This document shows positions 24,717-38,260 of a stretch of 64,000 nt of DNA, piece after piece. The position numbers and the translations under genes were made by a program. The notes beneath the pieces were generated by a model. It had not been told where the DNA came from, made no database searches, and saw nothing but the letters and a program-made list of their open reading frames with translations. Origin of the DNA: Saccostrea cucullata. Lineage: Eukaryota. Each line of letters starts with the position of its first letter. The stretch's first letter is position 1. The stretch is taken from contig NW_026926947.1 of assembly GCF_032062105.1 (NCBI RefSeq), positions 1 through 64,000 on the forward strand. Reading direction: 5' to 3'.

Positions 24717-26993
24717 TACTACCAAATAAAGTTCTTTGAACGTTTAAAAATTTCACAAAAGACACACGTCAGTTGACACATGACATTTTTTTTTTCTATT
24801 TTTAAATGTTTTTCCTCCAAGGCACCTGATACACCTCTGATGTTTTGGAGGTCCATGTTTGCTTTACTCCTATTTTGTTTTATTTTATGGACTTCTGATC
24901 TTGAATATTGTTCGTTATCACCATTTGTTTCATTATTTTCCAGCCATATTATTGATCTTGTATCTGCATTTGAGACAATTGTGAACATCTTAAAGAAATT
25001 ATATTGAGTGAATAATTAGCAATTCTAATTAATTCATTTCACTCACAATAAAACAACAAAATACGTAGTCTTTTGTTATAAGTTACAGAAAATGCCCAAT
25101 TATGGCCAGAATACTTAATTTAAAAATACAGTGGTATATCTCAAAATTGTGTTAAACTGTTATGGTTTTACGAATTATTTTTATTATATAGATTAAAGGT
25201 ATAAAGAAAAAGTGTATAATGTTCTCTAAACAGACCAAGGGTTTCTTAATTTTCATCTAATTAAAGTTAAAGCTGATTTGATATCAATTGTTCTTAAAAC
25301 TAATAATAATATTGATACAATGTTCAAAGGCCTTAAAAAAAATAAGAAATACGCATATGTGTACTTACATTCCAAATGACTGCCAGTAAATACTTAAACA
25401 TATCAATAGACTCTGTATTTTGTATGTTTAAAGTGGCTGTTTCCTTTCTTTCTAATGAGTTGCATCTGAAGAGCTTTAAGATGAAATTTCACGTGAGTGT
25501 TTATTATGTAACCTTTCACGATTAACAAAACATAACCTTTGTCATTATTAATGAGTGCTGAATGACTCCTTTTATATATTTTAACAAAATAAAAAAAGAT
25601 AATGTAGTATATTTTTACAATTGATTTTTTTGTCAAAATGTCTTATTGTTTAAGAGTCGTTTTTCTTTTCTATTGTTCTATTGCGGGGGCAAGATTCTCT
25701 TCATGAAATTGATAAAATTAATCGTTTTTAAAAGTCCTTTTAAATAAATCAAATTATGACAGAACCCAGGATAGACTTTAAAAACAGATGTAGGATAAGA
25801 TGTCATTGAGATATAAGTATTTATAACGATTACATCCGCAATGTATTATTAGTAAGATCGGTAAACTGAAAAAATCGTAAAAAAAAAAATTCAAAGTCAT
25901 AATAGGTAGGATTCTTCTCATATTTCTAATATTTTAAAAATTAATGAAATTTTCACAGAATCAAGAGGGCAATATCAGTAAGTGATATTATCAGTGAAAT
26001 TAAATTTGACCGTTTTATATTAGAGGCAAGGTCAGGTCAAAGTCATTATCTTTTTCCTTGACATTAAGAATAAAAAATAACTGGTGCCAATCATGTGGGT
26101 TCCTACTTCTATTTCAAAAGATGATTGGTTTTTTTTTTTTTTTTGGCATAAAAACATATTACTATATTGGGTCTATAGCATGATACTACCAAATTTACAT
26201 AAATAATTTAACTTAAGTGGATATTGGCTAATTCGAATTTTCTCTGTTTTTCTTAATTTTTTAGGATATATTATTTATTTTCATATGCTTCCTATATTTA
26301 ACTTTTTTTTTGTTTTCAAATATAATAAAGTAGTCTTATAAATGTACAAAATGATACAAAAACAAAAAGTTTTGATCTTTTACTAAGAGAGAAAAAATAC
26401 TTTTTATGGATTTTTGGCTCAAATCTGCACTTTGATAGGAAGCGTTTAAAAGCTAATACAGTTCTAGTTTGTTTGAAAAATTATATTTATTTTATATATT
26501 GTGAAAGTATAGTCCCTCACTATTAATCTTATATACATTTGAAAATTTCTCCAAGCCTTCGATTGTGTAAAAATTATAACTAAATTCATTGTTCTATTAT
26601 AATTCTGAGAGGCCGAAAAGAAGATATTTCCATACGCCACCATTCCGCCAAAAATATAGTCCCTGCTAGTTTTCAAACGCAGTTTACCGTTTCTATTTAA
26701 AGTTGTACAATTGTGATGAGGAAAGAAAAATATGGTCTTTTAATTATAAATTCCTTAAACCTCAATATATAAGACATATAAGCAAATATATACTTTGAAT
26801 ATCTAGTCAGAAACCAGAGAAAAATCCTACCTTAAAGAATACTTTCAAACAAAATGTATGGCCAAATTACGTTATTGTGTCAACCATATAACTTGCAATA
26901 TTGTGACTTCAGAAATATCCTTGTATCATCAACATATTTCTCAATAACCTGTTGCTTTTTTTATTTTGGCAAACGTTCGTGAGAATATAGTCT

Positions 26994-28953
26994 TATGATG
27001 AATTCACCATGCATCGGACACCCTTGTACTTCAACAAGCTCTAGTGATATCGCTACCGATGGAAAATTATCAAAATTAAGCTTATCATTTAGTTTGTGAT
27101 TAAAATATTAATTCGGGACACAATTATATGTCCTTTATTGATAAAATCATCAAAAATCGAATTTTTAAGAATAACAAAGAATTCTCCATGGATCGGACAT
27201 TGTTTACCATGCATCGGACAGACGGTATTTAGACCGAAAACGTATCATACCTTTATGACAGTACCTTAAAATCCTTGATATGGATATACTTTTATCTTTT
27301 ATCTAAGAAATGACCTTCAACTTAATCTTAATTGACGATATCGTTGCACATATGTAGAACGATTCAAGATGCCACACTTTGCCTTAGAAATGCATTGAAA
27401 TGCTTGTAATGCAGTAATTCGCGCGTTTTTCTCATGGGTTACCATACTCTGGTTTGTAGAAATAAATTGAGTAAGATTCTAGACGTCATATATCTATAAC
27501 TTGTATTTTGACTGAAAATTAGGAGTTTTATTTTCCATTTCCGCAAAAAACACCTGTCAGTTGGGCTCTGTATAAAAACAGTAGTGATTACCTTTGCATC
27601 GGAATGCGTCCGATGCATGGTTAATTTGTGTCCGATGTACGGTGAAATTAGCATACTATTAAACCCAGCTCTAATTAGAATTAACCAAAAATTGAAGTGA
27701 AATTTCTTTATAATTTATGTAAAATTACCAATCCCTGACAAAATTCACCAAAGTCCGACTCGTTCCGTGGAAGTCGAATTTAAAAGAACGATAACTCTAA
27801 AAATTGTAAAATCATAAAATTTCGGGTTATTCCCCTTTGATAATGTAAAATATGACGTAACTTCAAGGCCATTCTCGGGGTATTTTTATCACAACATGAT
27901 AAAAACAGTCGGTATCATAAAAAAAATTAAATCTTCATCTTTAAGACAGAAACAAATAAATACACAGAACTTTTAACGACGTTCGATCCTGATATTTAAA
28001 GTCTTAAACTTTTTTTGCCAAGTATATTTTTAGTTTCTACATACATAACTTGATTAAAATGCAAATAAAAAAATGGGGGTCAATATGCTTCTTTTAGCGC
28101 TACAGTACATTTTATATGACCTTTCTGCACTGAAATTTGTGTCTTAATTAAAAATTACATCTTCGACGTTTTCCCTCCAATATCTTCATCCAATTAAAGC
28201 ATGAAACAAAATTAACTCTGTGTCTGTTTAAAAAAGACACTTAAAAATTGTGACTAAGAAAAGGTTTCAAATTGCTTCGAATAATCAATTATTTGACCTT
28301 TCTGCACTAATAAAATGTTATTTTTCCGGCATTGAAAATATAATAAGCAAGAATATTATTTCAAAGTCTTAAACTTTTTCTGATTTTAAGCAAATAGGTC
28401 AAAGTTATCTTGAATATTTAGAAAATAACATCAAAAGTGGGGGTATATGATGTACATTTTCAGATATTACTAAAAAAGTGGGAATTTTACGTTAAAATTG
28501 GCTCAATTTTTTCCCGGATTTTCAGAATATATTTACTTTATTTGTCACACTTTGTTGATAGAATTCATAAGAAACAGCATAACATATTTCACTCAAAAAA
28601 CAGCTTTGTGTGCAACCAGCATGGAAAAAAATTAACAGTACTGTTATAGTTCAAATGTAAAAAAAAATGATCATTTTCGTCTAAAAAACCTTCCGCCACA
28701 AAATATAGTCCCTATTTTAATTCTACTTGAATGGAATTTCATCGCGGTTTTTTCATTGAATATAGTTTAATTTGCATTGTAGAATTCAGTTTTATTGTTA
28801 GAACCTAAAAATGATGCTTATTTTTATGAATAAAGGACCTGCGCGAAATACGCTCAAAATAGCAGGATCGAACGTCCTTAAGTTGAAAGAGAGTTTATTG
28901 CCTAAAGTTGTCCGAAGCATGGTATGTGTCCGATGCATGGTGAACTCACCCTA
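26994..28953. mobile_element. Non-autonomous DNA transposon with reiterated sub-terminal motif
   Basis: TIR-like TGAATTCACCATGCATCGGACAC (~26999) / GTGTCCGATGCATGGTGAACTCA (~28926); the CCATGCATCGGACA motif recurs in both orientations at ~27187, 27207, 27608 and 28910. Confidence 0.7.
27977..28877. mobile_element. TTAA-target MITE (Kolobok/piggyBac-type target) nested in the preceding element
   Basis: TTAA|CGACGTTCGATCCTGATATTT ... AAATAGCAGGATCGAACGTCC|TTAA. Confidence 0.7.
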
Positions 28954-29264
28954 CGTATAGAATCATCAGGGAGACGAAAACTCCAAATGCTGTCGACGTC
29001 AAGAAATTCTATAGCTGCATGACCGTAGCATAATGTTTAAGTCTGTTAAGACAATTGTTTCTAGGATGAAATATATGGATATAACAGTACAGTATTAAGG
29101 CTCAAATTTCTTTAAAACATTTATTTGGAGAGCAATCACGAACCTCCATATCTTCAGCGATGGGATCAGGCATCATGGGATAGTGAGCATCTCCAGTCGT
29201 CCAGATGACAAGAAAGTGTTCATACATATAGCATGTTCTTACGTATTAAATCAACTGAGAAGGA

Positions 29265-30620
29265 TATGGAGATAACGAACAGTATTCAATATCAAAGCCC
29301 ATAAAACAATACAAATTAGGAGCAGAGCAAACACGGACCTCCGAGACATCAGAGGTGGGTTGAGGTGCCATGAAGGAGTAACCATCCCCTGCTGACCGGT
29401 CACACCCGCCGTGTGCTCCTTGTCATGATCGGGAAATAACGGAAAAAATCCATTGTATTTGCTGACAAGGTCATTGTTTCGACCATTAAACTTACAAAAT
29501 GATGACTTTAAACGAGACTGATAATATTCTTGTTTAATTTACTTGCTTGCCAATAACTTTCCTCTTTTTAGAAATTGTTCTTACGTAGAGCATGCTCTTA
29601 CGTATCGAATCAACTGAAATATATACACTCCGTATGCAGGTGATGAAGGTACATGCATATTGCTGCATAAGTAAGGGAAGTTGACAATTGATTGATTGAT
29701 TATATATATTATTTAATGTCCTCTTCGAGAATTTTTCTCTCATAAAGAGACGTCACTGTATGCCGTTGAAGGGCTTCGAATTTAGATCTATACTCGGCCA
29801 ATGAGTAGTGAGGGTTCTTTATCGTGCCAATGCCTACATGACACGGGACCTACGTTTTTAAGGTTACATCAGAAAGACCCGTGACTTTCACTTCTAGTGC
29901 CGTGCGTTTGGCAAAGGAATAGTCACTGCCTTTCTTTACGTCTTAGGTTTGACGAGCGAGAATCGAACCCTTACCTCCCGATCACAAAGCGAACGCTCTA
30001 CCACTAGGCTACCGTGACATGTAGTTTACAATTAAAAAGTCAAAATTATTTGTATTATGATTGCCATAAAAATGTCTTTTCAAATAAAATATCGTAAAAC
30101 GAGAAAAATTGGCGCATGCATATTAAAGCGCAAATGCAAGTATAAATGTATTGGTGCAAGTAAAATTAATTGCTTGCGCTTGTCATCAAAATATATAAAT
30201 GTATATTTGATTTTGTGATCACCCTAGCACGCTAATATCAGAACGCCTGGGCATTTATTTATTGTTGGGAATATGGCTGTATATACACATGAAAATCCAT
30301 TTTTATGTTGTTCATTTCGGTAAAATTTGCAATTTCAATTTTTCCAAAAGTTCCTTAGAATTTTTAAGTATCCACATCTGATTGACACCACTTATCGAAT
30401 ATATTTTACAGTAGTCCTGAATTTTCTTTTTCACTACACATACTGTTAATACTTGTAATTTATTTTGAAGTAAAGAAAGAGAGTTGGTAGACCATCTACT
30501 GGAACCCATCATGTATCTTATGTTTGTTTGTAAGGATATCTATGAAGTCTGGAATCCGATATAGAGATGGTAATTCGAATTCATGTTAACTTTGGGGTTT
30601 ATTAAAAAATTTACGATTTT
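29265..30620 (-). mobile_element. Penelope-like fragments interrupted by a SINE
   Basis: 3' motif and thumb remnants at 29265-29686; more upstream RT-region remnant YSISGVNQMWILKNSKELLE in ORF 30312..30512. Confidence 0.65.
29687..30017 (-). mobile_element. tRNA-derived SINE (same family as 1681-2032)
   Basis: Head GTCACGGTAGCCTAGTGGTAGAGCGTTCGC...GGTTCGATTC, shared body, (CAAT)n tail. Confidence 0.8.
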
Positions 30621-30764
30621 CTAGGAGGAACATCACGTAATGAAAGGAATGTAAAAAACTTTTATACTGATCAAATCTTATTTCTCAGTCTTTTAAATAT
30701 TGTATGGAGCAGTGTCATCTTGCATAATGCGATGTTGTAGAGCAAAACTACCCCAATATAGAGA

Positions 30765-30990
30765 TTGATCAATTGATTGTATGTTGTTTAACGTCCTTCT
30801 CGAGAATTTTTCTCTCATGTGTAAACGCAACCACTTGCCAGCGGAGAGCTTCAAAATTTGTCCTATACTTGGCACTTACGGCCATTGAGCAGTGGGGATT
30901 CTTTTTTCGTGCCAGCGCCTACAGCGACACGTGACCTCGTTTTATGCGGTCTCATCCTAAGGACCGTGTCTACGTGGGATTCAAACCCGC
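30765..30990 (-). mobile_element. Truncated SINE copy
   Basis: Body and tail homologous to the other SINE copies (GAGAATTTTTCTCTCAT, GGCCATTGAGCAGTG). Confidence 0.7.
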
Positions 30991-32261
30991 GAAGGAGTGT
31001 CTTTTAGAAACCTATCCTAAAGTCTTGCTTTGGAGTGAGCCTCCCCAACCAGAGAAGACATTTACTTTAGAATTATACCAATGACACAACCGAAAGTAAA
31101 TCCCCTCCTAATTCATACACTGGATGAGGAATTATAAAATTACTATTATAAAAAAAACAGAAAATATTACAGAATGTGGGAGACCTATATGTAATTTTGC
31201 TAAAAATATGGACTTTGATGATACTTCTATATGAAACTGATCACTGGTAATGTTACAAAGTTTCGGTTTATTGAGTGGAAAATTTGTTAAAAAACTTTAT
31301 TACAACTATATCAAACTCTAGATCTGTAGGAAGGAAATATCTTGTTTACTGTTTAAATTTTCGTTGTTTTCAAGCGAATTTATGTCCACCACGAAATGCA
31401 ATTTTCCACATACTACTGAACAATTCTTAATCCACGAAATCAAATCCCCATGAACCTTTATATTTTCCTCAAAGGAGGAAAATTTGACCCCTCGAAAATA
31501 TGTGATTTTACTGTATTCCAAAAGTAATTAATTTACGGAAATTAAAGATTTAAAAATCATTAAAAAGAGCAGGAAAAAATAATTTTAATTGATGAAAATT
31601 CTGCCTTTGTATTTGTGCTAATAGAGTTCCTGTTTGGTATACCACATGGATGGCACTTAATGAGCTGCCTTTACCTGACGAGCTTAAAATAAGAAAATAT
31701 ATGTAAGACAACAACTATTTTTATATATGTCAACAATGTACGCACGCTCTTTCACTCTCACGTTCATTCTTGTTTCTTTTAGGCAAATATCTTCGACTGT
31801 CCCATGTTTGGAAACTGTGTAAAATTAAGATAGGCTATCTTTCTATATAATACCAGCAAGGGTCGCTTAGAATTATGGAATAAAGCAAAAGCAAATAACC
31901 AGATTCCAGCACTTTCTAAAACAGAATAAGGTAAATGTACAAGTTTTCTAAACTATTTTTTTCTGTTTTCTATGAGCAGTGTCCTTAGACAAGAAATGAG
32001 CGTCTGGATATCTATTAATTTAGATTATTCAATCATATCATCTGCACGAAATTGCCATGTGTATTTCATGACCAAATGTAATTTATATTATGCGTATTTT
32101 ATTCCAAAGTAAACGAAAAAAAAAACACAGTAATTATTATTGAAATTAATTTTTAGGTTGAGGATCACAAAGCCAGTAAAGATGATTTAACTCAGGTTAG
32201 GCTTGAAAAAGCATAGAAGCATAAGAGAACATAAAGGTAATAATCTTTGGAGTAGCTGTCT

Positions 32262-35095
32262 TTATGGAACTCCCATGTTATCAAGTTCTCTCTGCATCTG
32301 ACACACTCCACACGGACCACAACAAGTCAGAACCATACAGTCATTACAGGCGGATCCCTGTATAGAAAGTTGATATTTTCAAATATGAGTACTTTACAAT
32401 TAATGTACTAACTTATACATTGATTTTCATACGAGTTTTAATTTTCCCTGGTAAGTTTTATTTTACCTGGATGCCACCAATAGTTCTGATCCTACTTCTC
32501 ATTAGAACGGTTCCTCCCGAGACACAGAAAGGCATAAGGCAACACTCTCCAGTTCTAGAGGCCAAGTTGCAAACGGCACACGGAAAGCAGAAGTTTCCAA
32601 TGAGGCCTTATTAAAAAAAATGCATATTACATGTATTGGTAGTTGATTATCAATATTATTGTTAATTCTTTATAAGTATTTGATTTCAATAAATAAATCA
32701 TCGTTTGTTCTTTTGTTAAACAGGAATGTGTTATTAAATAAAAACCAATTTTAAAAGAATCTTTTTACCCTTGATTTTTTTATGCCGAAACAAAAAATTA
32801 AACCATGATGACCGCCAGGTTGATCTTAAATATTGATTTTAATTGATCCAAAAATAATGCCATAGCTCCTGTTTATCATTCATTATTACATTGGAAGACT
32901 GAGCATCCTCTATCAACTGGTCATACCCGCCATGGGCTTCTTGTGATAATCGATCAAGTAGAAATATTTTTGTTGGTAAATAATGACCTTACAATTAGTA
33001 TCATAAACATTCGTTCGCATTCGATTTAATGATAGATTGTATTAGCTTACAAAGTCATTGTATCGATCATATAGCTTTCCAAATGATGAATTAAAAAACG
33101 AGACAGGTTGATATCATTGTTTCAGCAAATATTTACATTTCTACTTAAAACTTTTTTCTCTCTGTCAAAACTCTTTACACGTTATATGAGTTGAGTTCTT
33201 GAGAAATAAACACGAGTTTAAATATCGCCAAGTGAAAGGTCAAGTGCTTTACGTGCATGTAAATCTCATGCAGCTGTCTTTATGTGTGACGTCAATGAGC
33301 GGGGATTAATGATTTTGTCATTGGATGTCTCGTCTTTTTTAAATATATCACCCATTTTCGTATCTTTAGTTTCAATTTCATTTTATATATAATGTTAATA
33401 TAAGAAATCAGTGTCTCGTTCGTTTGATTTGCCAGGCACATCAACGATAGTTGGAAACGTGAGATGATTTATATATAATTGGCTTCGCCTGTTTTAAAAA
33501 TTAACCCACATTTCCAATGAGACTTACCTTAAAAGCTAAACAGTAATTTCTTTATTATCTTTTAAGTGGTTAAATTTTCTGACAAGTGACATATATTGTA
33601 TAAAAAATAAGGTCTTTTAAAACAGGACTGTTGATATTCTTGTTGCCTCGTTTTGGAAATTTTTCATAGACGTAGCATACTCTTCAGTATCTTGCAAATC
33701 AACTAGTAAATATAAACTCTGTATGCAAGTGTTAAATATGAATTCTTGCAAGGGAAGTAAACGATGGAAAAGTAAAAGTACTCATTTTATTATAAAGTTT
33801 TGCTGTTAGGTCAGCTTTAAAGTCAAGTATAAAATAGATGAGTCAGACTCTGTGATATTTACTATTTCACGTTTACTGGAATATACATCGAGTTGACATG
33901 AATGGAATTTACTATTGTAAATCAAAAAAAAGTTGCAGTTGTTGTGTCTAAATGTCGGGATGAAGGTAAGCAATGCAAGCGTTTTTATATTCTTATATTT
34001 AATTTAGGGTACGGATGTAAAATCTGCTTCGTATGAATAACAAGAGGCCCATGGGCCTTATAGGTCACCTGCGCATTATGCAACAACTTTCAAATGATTA
34101 AAGTTTGTTCATGTTTTAAGCCAGATGATATGGCATTCACAATTTTGAAATAGTCACCATTGCTAATAATAACTAAACACTTAGCATTTGTTTAGTTTGT
34201 TTACTTAATACCCATAAGCAGGGTAGGGGAACAAAAAATACATTTCGACTAATCAGTAATATTCAGCAATAATCAGAAGTGCCCCTACCACACATGAACC
34301 CCTGATCCTAGGTATACACATTGCACAATTTTTGAAAAGGCACACTTGCTTATCAAAAATGTTTGATTAATAATACGCAAGTGAGTTAAGGCTACATATG
34401 GAGGTTTCTATGCGATATGATTTTGTTGATGTAATTTATAACCTTGAATGGGAGAGAACAATGATGTCATACTATGACGTCATAATGTACACTTCTATTA
34501 ATAAACTGTGGGTACTAAGTATGTATAAGAAAATCTATTTGAACTTTCTCTGTACATAAAATATACAACTTATGAATTTTTATTAGCTCATTTGCATAGA
34601 AATATCCATATTTAGCCTGAACTCACTTGCGTAAGGAACAGATTTCAAACAATTAATTATTTTCAGTACATAAGTAGAGTCCCCACCCCAGCCTTCTTAG
34701 GTATCCCTGACCCAAGGGGCCTTGAAATTCACAATTCTGGAGAAGCCCTCATAACTATATAGGTAGTTTATCTGCTTATTATACCCAGGAGTAAGGAGAA
34801 GATTTTCATAGATGTAATGTATTTTCACTATATAATCATTAGAGCCGCGCCCTAACACCATAAGCCCTGGAAGAGGCACTCTTGCTCATCATAACTATGT
34901 ACTTAGTTAGTTTATTCAATAGAGGCAGAGAAAAAGATTTTCAAAGAATTAATGCATTTTTACCATATAACCAATAGAGCCCCACCCTAACACCAGAACC
35001 CTTGGCCCTGAGGCCATAACATTCAAAATTCTGGAAGAGGCACTCTTGCTTTTCATAACTATGTACATAGTTAGTTTAATTGATACCTAGAAGGT

Positions 35096-35131
<36 letters not shown>

Positions 35132-36471
35132 CATATAATCAATAAAGCCCCGTCCTTACACCAGAACCCCTGACCCTGGGGCCATGAAATTCACCATTTT
35201 GCTAGATGCACTCTTGCTCATAACTATGTACTTAATTAGTTTATTTTAACACTCAGGAAAGAAGAAGATTTTCTAAGAAAGAATGCATTTTCACTATATA
35301 ATCAATAGTGCCCCGCCCTAACACCAGATAAACCTTGGGCTCACAAAATTCACAATTTAGGTAGGGGCACTCTTCTTCTTCAAAACTATGTACTTAGTTA
35401 GTTTATTTAATACCTAGGAGTAGAGAAGATTTTCAAAGAAATAATGCATTTTCACCATATAATCAATAGAGCCCCGCCCTAACACCAGAACCCCTGACCC
35501 TGGCGCCACAAAATTCACAATTTTGGTAGATGCACTCTATCTCATCACAACGTCGTTCTTACTTAGTTTATTTAATACCCAGGAGCAGAGGAGAAGATTT
35601 TCAAAGAAATAATGCATTTTCACTATATAATCAATAGAGCCCCGCCCTTACACCTGAACCCCTGACCCTGGGGCTATGAATTTCACAATTTTGGTAGAGC
35701 ACTCAATGCTGATTACAATCATACCAACAGTTTGCCTGCTTGATGTCCAGGAGTAAAGAAGAAGATTTTTATAGATTGCACTAATTTTAGTGGTTTTGGC
35801 CCCACGCCCGAGGCCCCTGGGGGCAGGGACCATGAAATTCCCAATTTTTGTTCCCCTTCACCCACAGATGCTACATCCAAAATTGGTTGAAATTGGTTCA
35901 GCGGTTTCAGGGAAGAAGCTGAAAATGTTTAAATCTTAACGCACGACGACGGACGAAAACAGACAGCAATAGGTCACCTGAGTTTACTCAGGTGACCTGA
36001 TAAAAAAGAGTATTTTTTAATTCTTTAAAGGAAATGGTTAAATATGGTGTTAAAAGTCAAGTGTTTATATTTTATTGATTTTGCTAAAATTTGAAATGAA
36101 ATTTGATAAAATTTAGAACAAGAGATAAAAAATAATGGTCATATCCCTTCATTCTTAAGATTTTCTTTAAAAATTTTACTATATAATTAAGTAGATATAT
36201 CTATGGATATCAATTGTTTTAATATCTCACAAAGGTAAAGAGATGAAAATCATATTTCATATTGAAAATTTAACCGAGTACTATTATTTCTGTTACATTA
36301 CGATTTATACACCTTGCTGTGGCTGGTCAAAATGTAACACTTACACGATTTAATGTCTGAGCAGCAATCAAAAAGGCCTGTACTCCACTTCCTATGGCCT
36401 TCAATGGAAGTCACTATCAGCCTCGTATCGGGAATGGTTGATGGTTGTTGAACAACTACCATAGTGGACAT
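32262..36471 (-). CDS. PLAC8/cornifelin-family protein, copy E (120 aa)
   Basis: Exons 36471-36345, 32606-32467, 32357-32262. MSTMVVVQQPSTIPDTRLIVTSIEGHRKWSTGLFDCCSDIKSCLIGNFCFPCAVCNLASRTGECCLMPFCVSGGTVLMRSRIRTIGGIQGSACNDCMVLTCCGPCGVCQMQRELDNMGVP*. Confidence 0.92.
34039..36004 (-). mobile_element. Helentron-associated (HINE-like) element with diverged ~165-170-bp satellite array, in copy E intron 1
   Basis: 5' palindrome AGGTCACCTGAGT-TT-ACTCAGGTGACCT (35971-35998), adjacent GACG/GACA microsatellite, about 6 diverged monomers (34790-35800), 3' subTIR and GGCCCATGGGCC-TCTTGTT end at 34039-34070. Confidence 0.85.
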
Positions 36472-37329
36472 TGTGAGTCCTTCACAAACGCAGACCTCTG
36501 TAACCTATTTATTTCCGTATTGAAATGTTAAATCATTGTTTTTAGGTACTTTTCTTCATTTTCCTTGATAATGGAAATTATGCTAATTTTCACCGTGATG
36601 CTATCTGTTAAAAGCAATTACCCTTTGTTATGCATAAGGAAAGGGAAACAATAAACCCATACATCGTTAACTGTTTTTAACATTAAAAGATATCAATGAA
36701 AGAATTCAAAATAAGTGTTATGTTGGAATAAAATTCAATTAATCAAAGATTTCCTCAGAGTATCTTTAAATTGGGAAACTTATTCATATTTCATTACACT
36801 TTTAATATTACACCCTCCTAGCTACTTGACATCACCTTTGGAATTTCCAGTGGTAAGTGATAAATGCCTTTCAATAGATTTGTTTTGTTTAAAAATATTT
36901 TTAGAGATCTCCATCTTTTTCATATACCCCTTTTGACTGACAATTTCCATAAATTTCAGCGTTTTCAATTAAAAATCAAAATCACGTATCCGGGATATAA
37001 ATTATGAAATCACAGCACTGTTAAATATGTTACTGTTAATTAATCTTAAGAAAAAGAAAAAAGATTTTTATAAACATAGACGTATGCTTCCTGCTTTACG
37101 GGTTGGGTGCGCGTTTGCCTGTATATGTTGTATATATAATGTTATATTCTTTCCTCATATCGTGACTATGTATGAAATATATGGAGATAAGGAACAGTAT
37201 TCAGGCTCAAAAGTCCATTAAACAATACAAAATTGGAGCATAGTAAATACGGACCTCCAAAATATCAAAAGTTGAATCAGGTACTACGTATTTTTTTTTA
37301 TAGTTCCGAGAATGCAATTCTTCAGTAAG

Positions 37330-38260
37330 AAAAAGAAAACTACGCATAAGAATGATAAAATTATTAGGAAAAATTTAATGGAATTATCTAATGGAAATCA
37401 TATGTTTTCGAATAGGAATAACATGCTCTCGAATAGGAATAACAAATTAATTGCATAAAAATAACCTAATTATCGAATAAGAATGACAAAAAATATATTT
37501 TTGTCAAATCCCTTAGCTCTCATTTATTTTGGCTCTGTTTGATTTTCATAAATCACTCAAACACAAATTAGAATTGAAAATGGTCATTTATTAATTAAAT
37601 GACGTAAATTGGAACAAAACACTAACTACAAAAATTTGAAAATAAAATAACCCGGATGTATATTAAAAAACATATATTATTACATCCGGGTCGACAACAT
37701 CTCTGCCTTGTAAAATCATTATGCCAACATGAACAAAGAGTATTACATAATATATTCATCGTTATGTCCTTGAAAATCAAAGGTGGGGGACCAAAAATTG
37801 CCCCAACACACATTATGACAAATCAAAAATAATAACACAGAAAAAATATAAAATGATTGACTATCTAGAATAAATTTTCATAATAAACAAATATTACAAC
37901 TGATGCCTAAACGATATTATGAATACGAGCTGTAATTAAAACAAAATTAAATGAAAAATACTAGTTTACACATTGCATTAGGGAGGGTGGAAATATATAA
38001 CAGGAGTCACATATTTCCGAATATAAATAACATGTTATCGAATATGAATGAAATATTTTGGAATAGGAGTCATAGGAATCATATACGTTAGATTAGATAT
38101 TATATACCTTCCAATATGAACAACATTTCGAATGGAAATGAAAACGTCAAAAAAAGTCACACATTCTCAAATAGGAATCACAATTTATTGAAAAGGAATA
38201 ACATTTTATCAAATAGTAATGATATGCTTTTGAATAAGATTAATAAATTGTTACAATAAG
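37330..38260. repeat. Degenerate ~21-nt periodic repeat (AATAGGAATAACA...)
   Basis: Recurring GAATAGGAATAAC/AATAAGAAT units at 37345-37490 and 37995-38265; probably the interior of an old DNA transposon. Confidence 0.5.
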
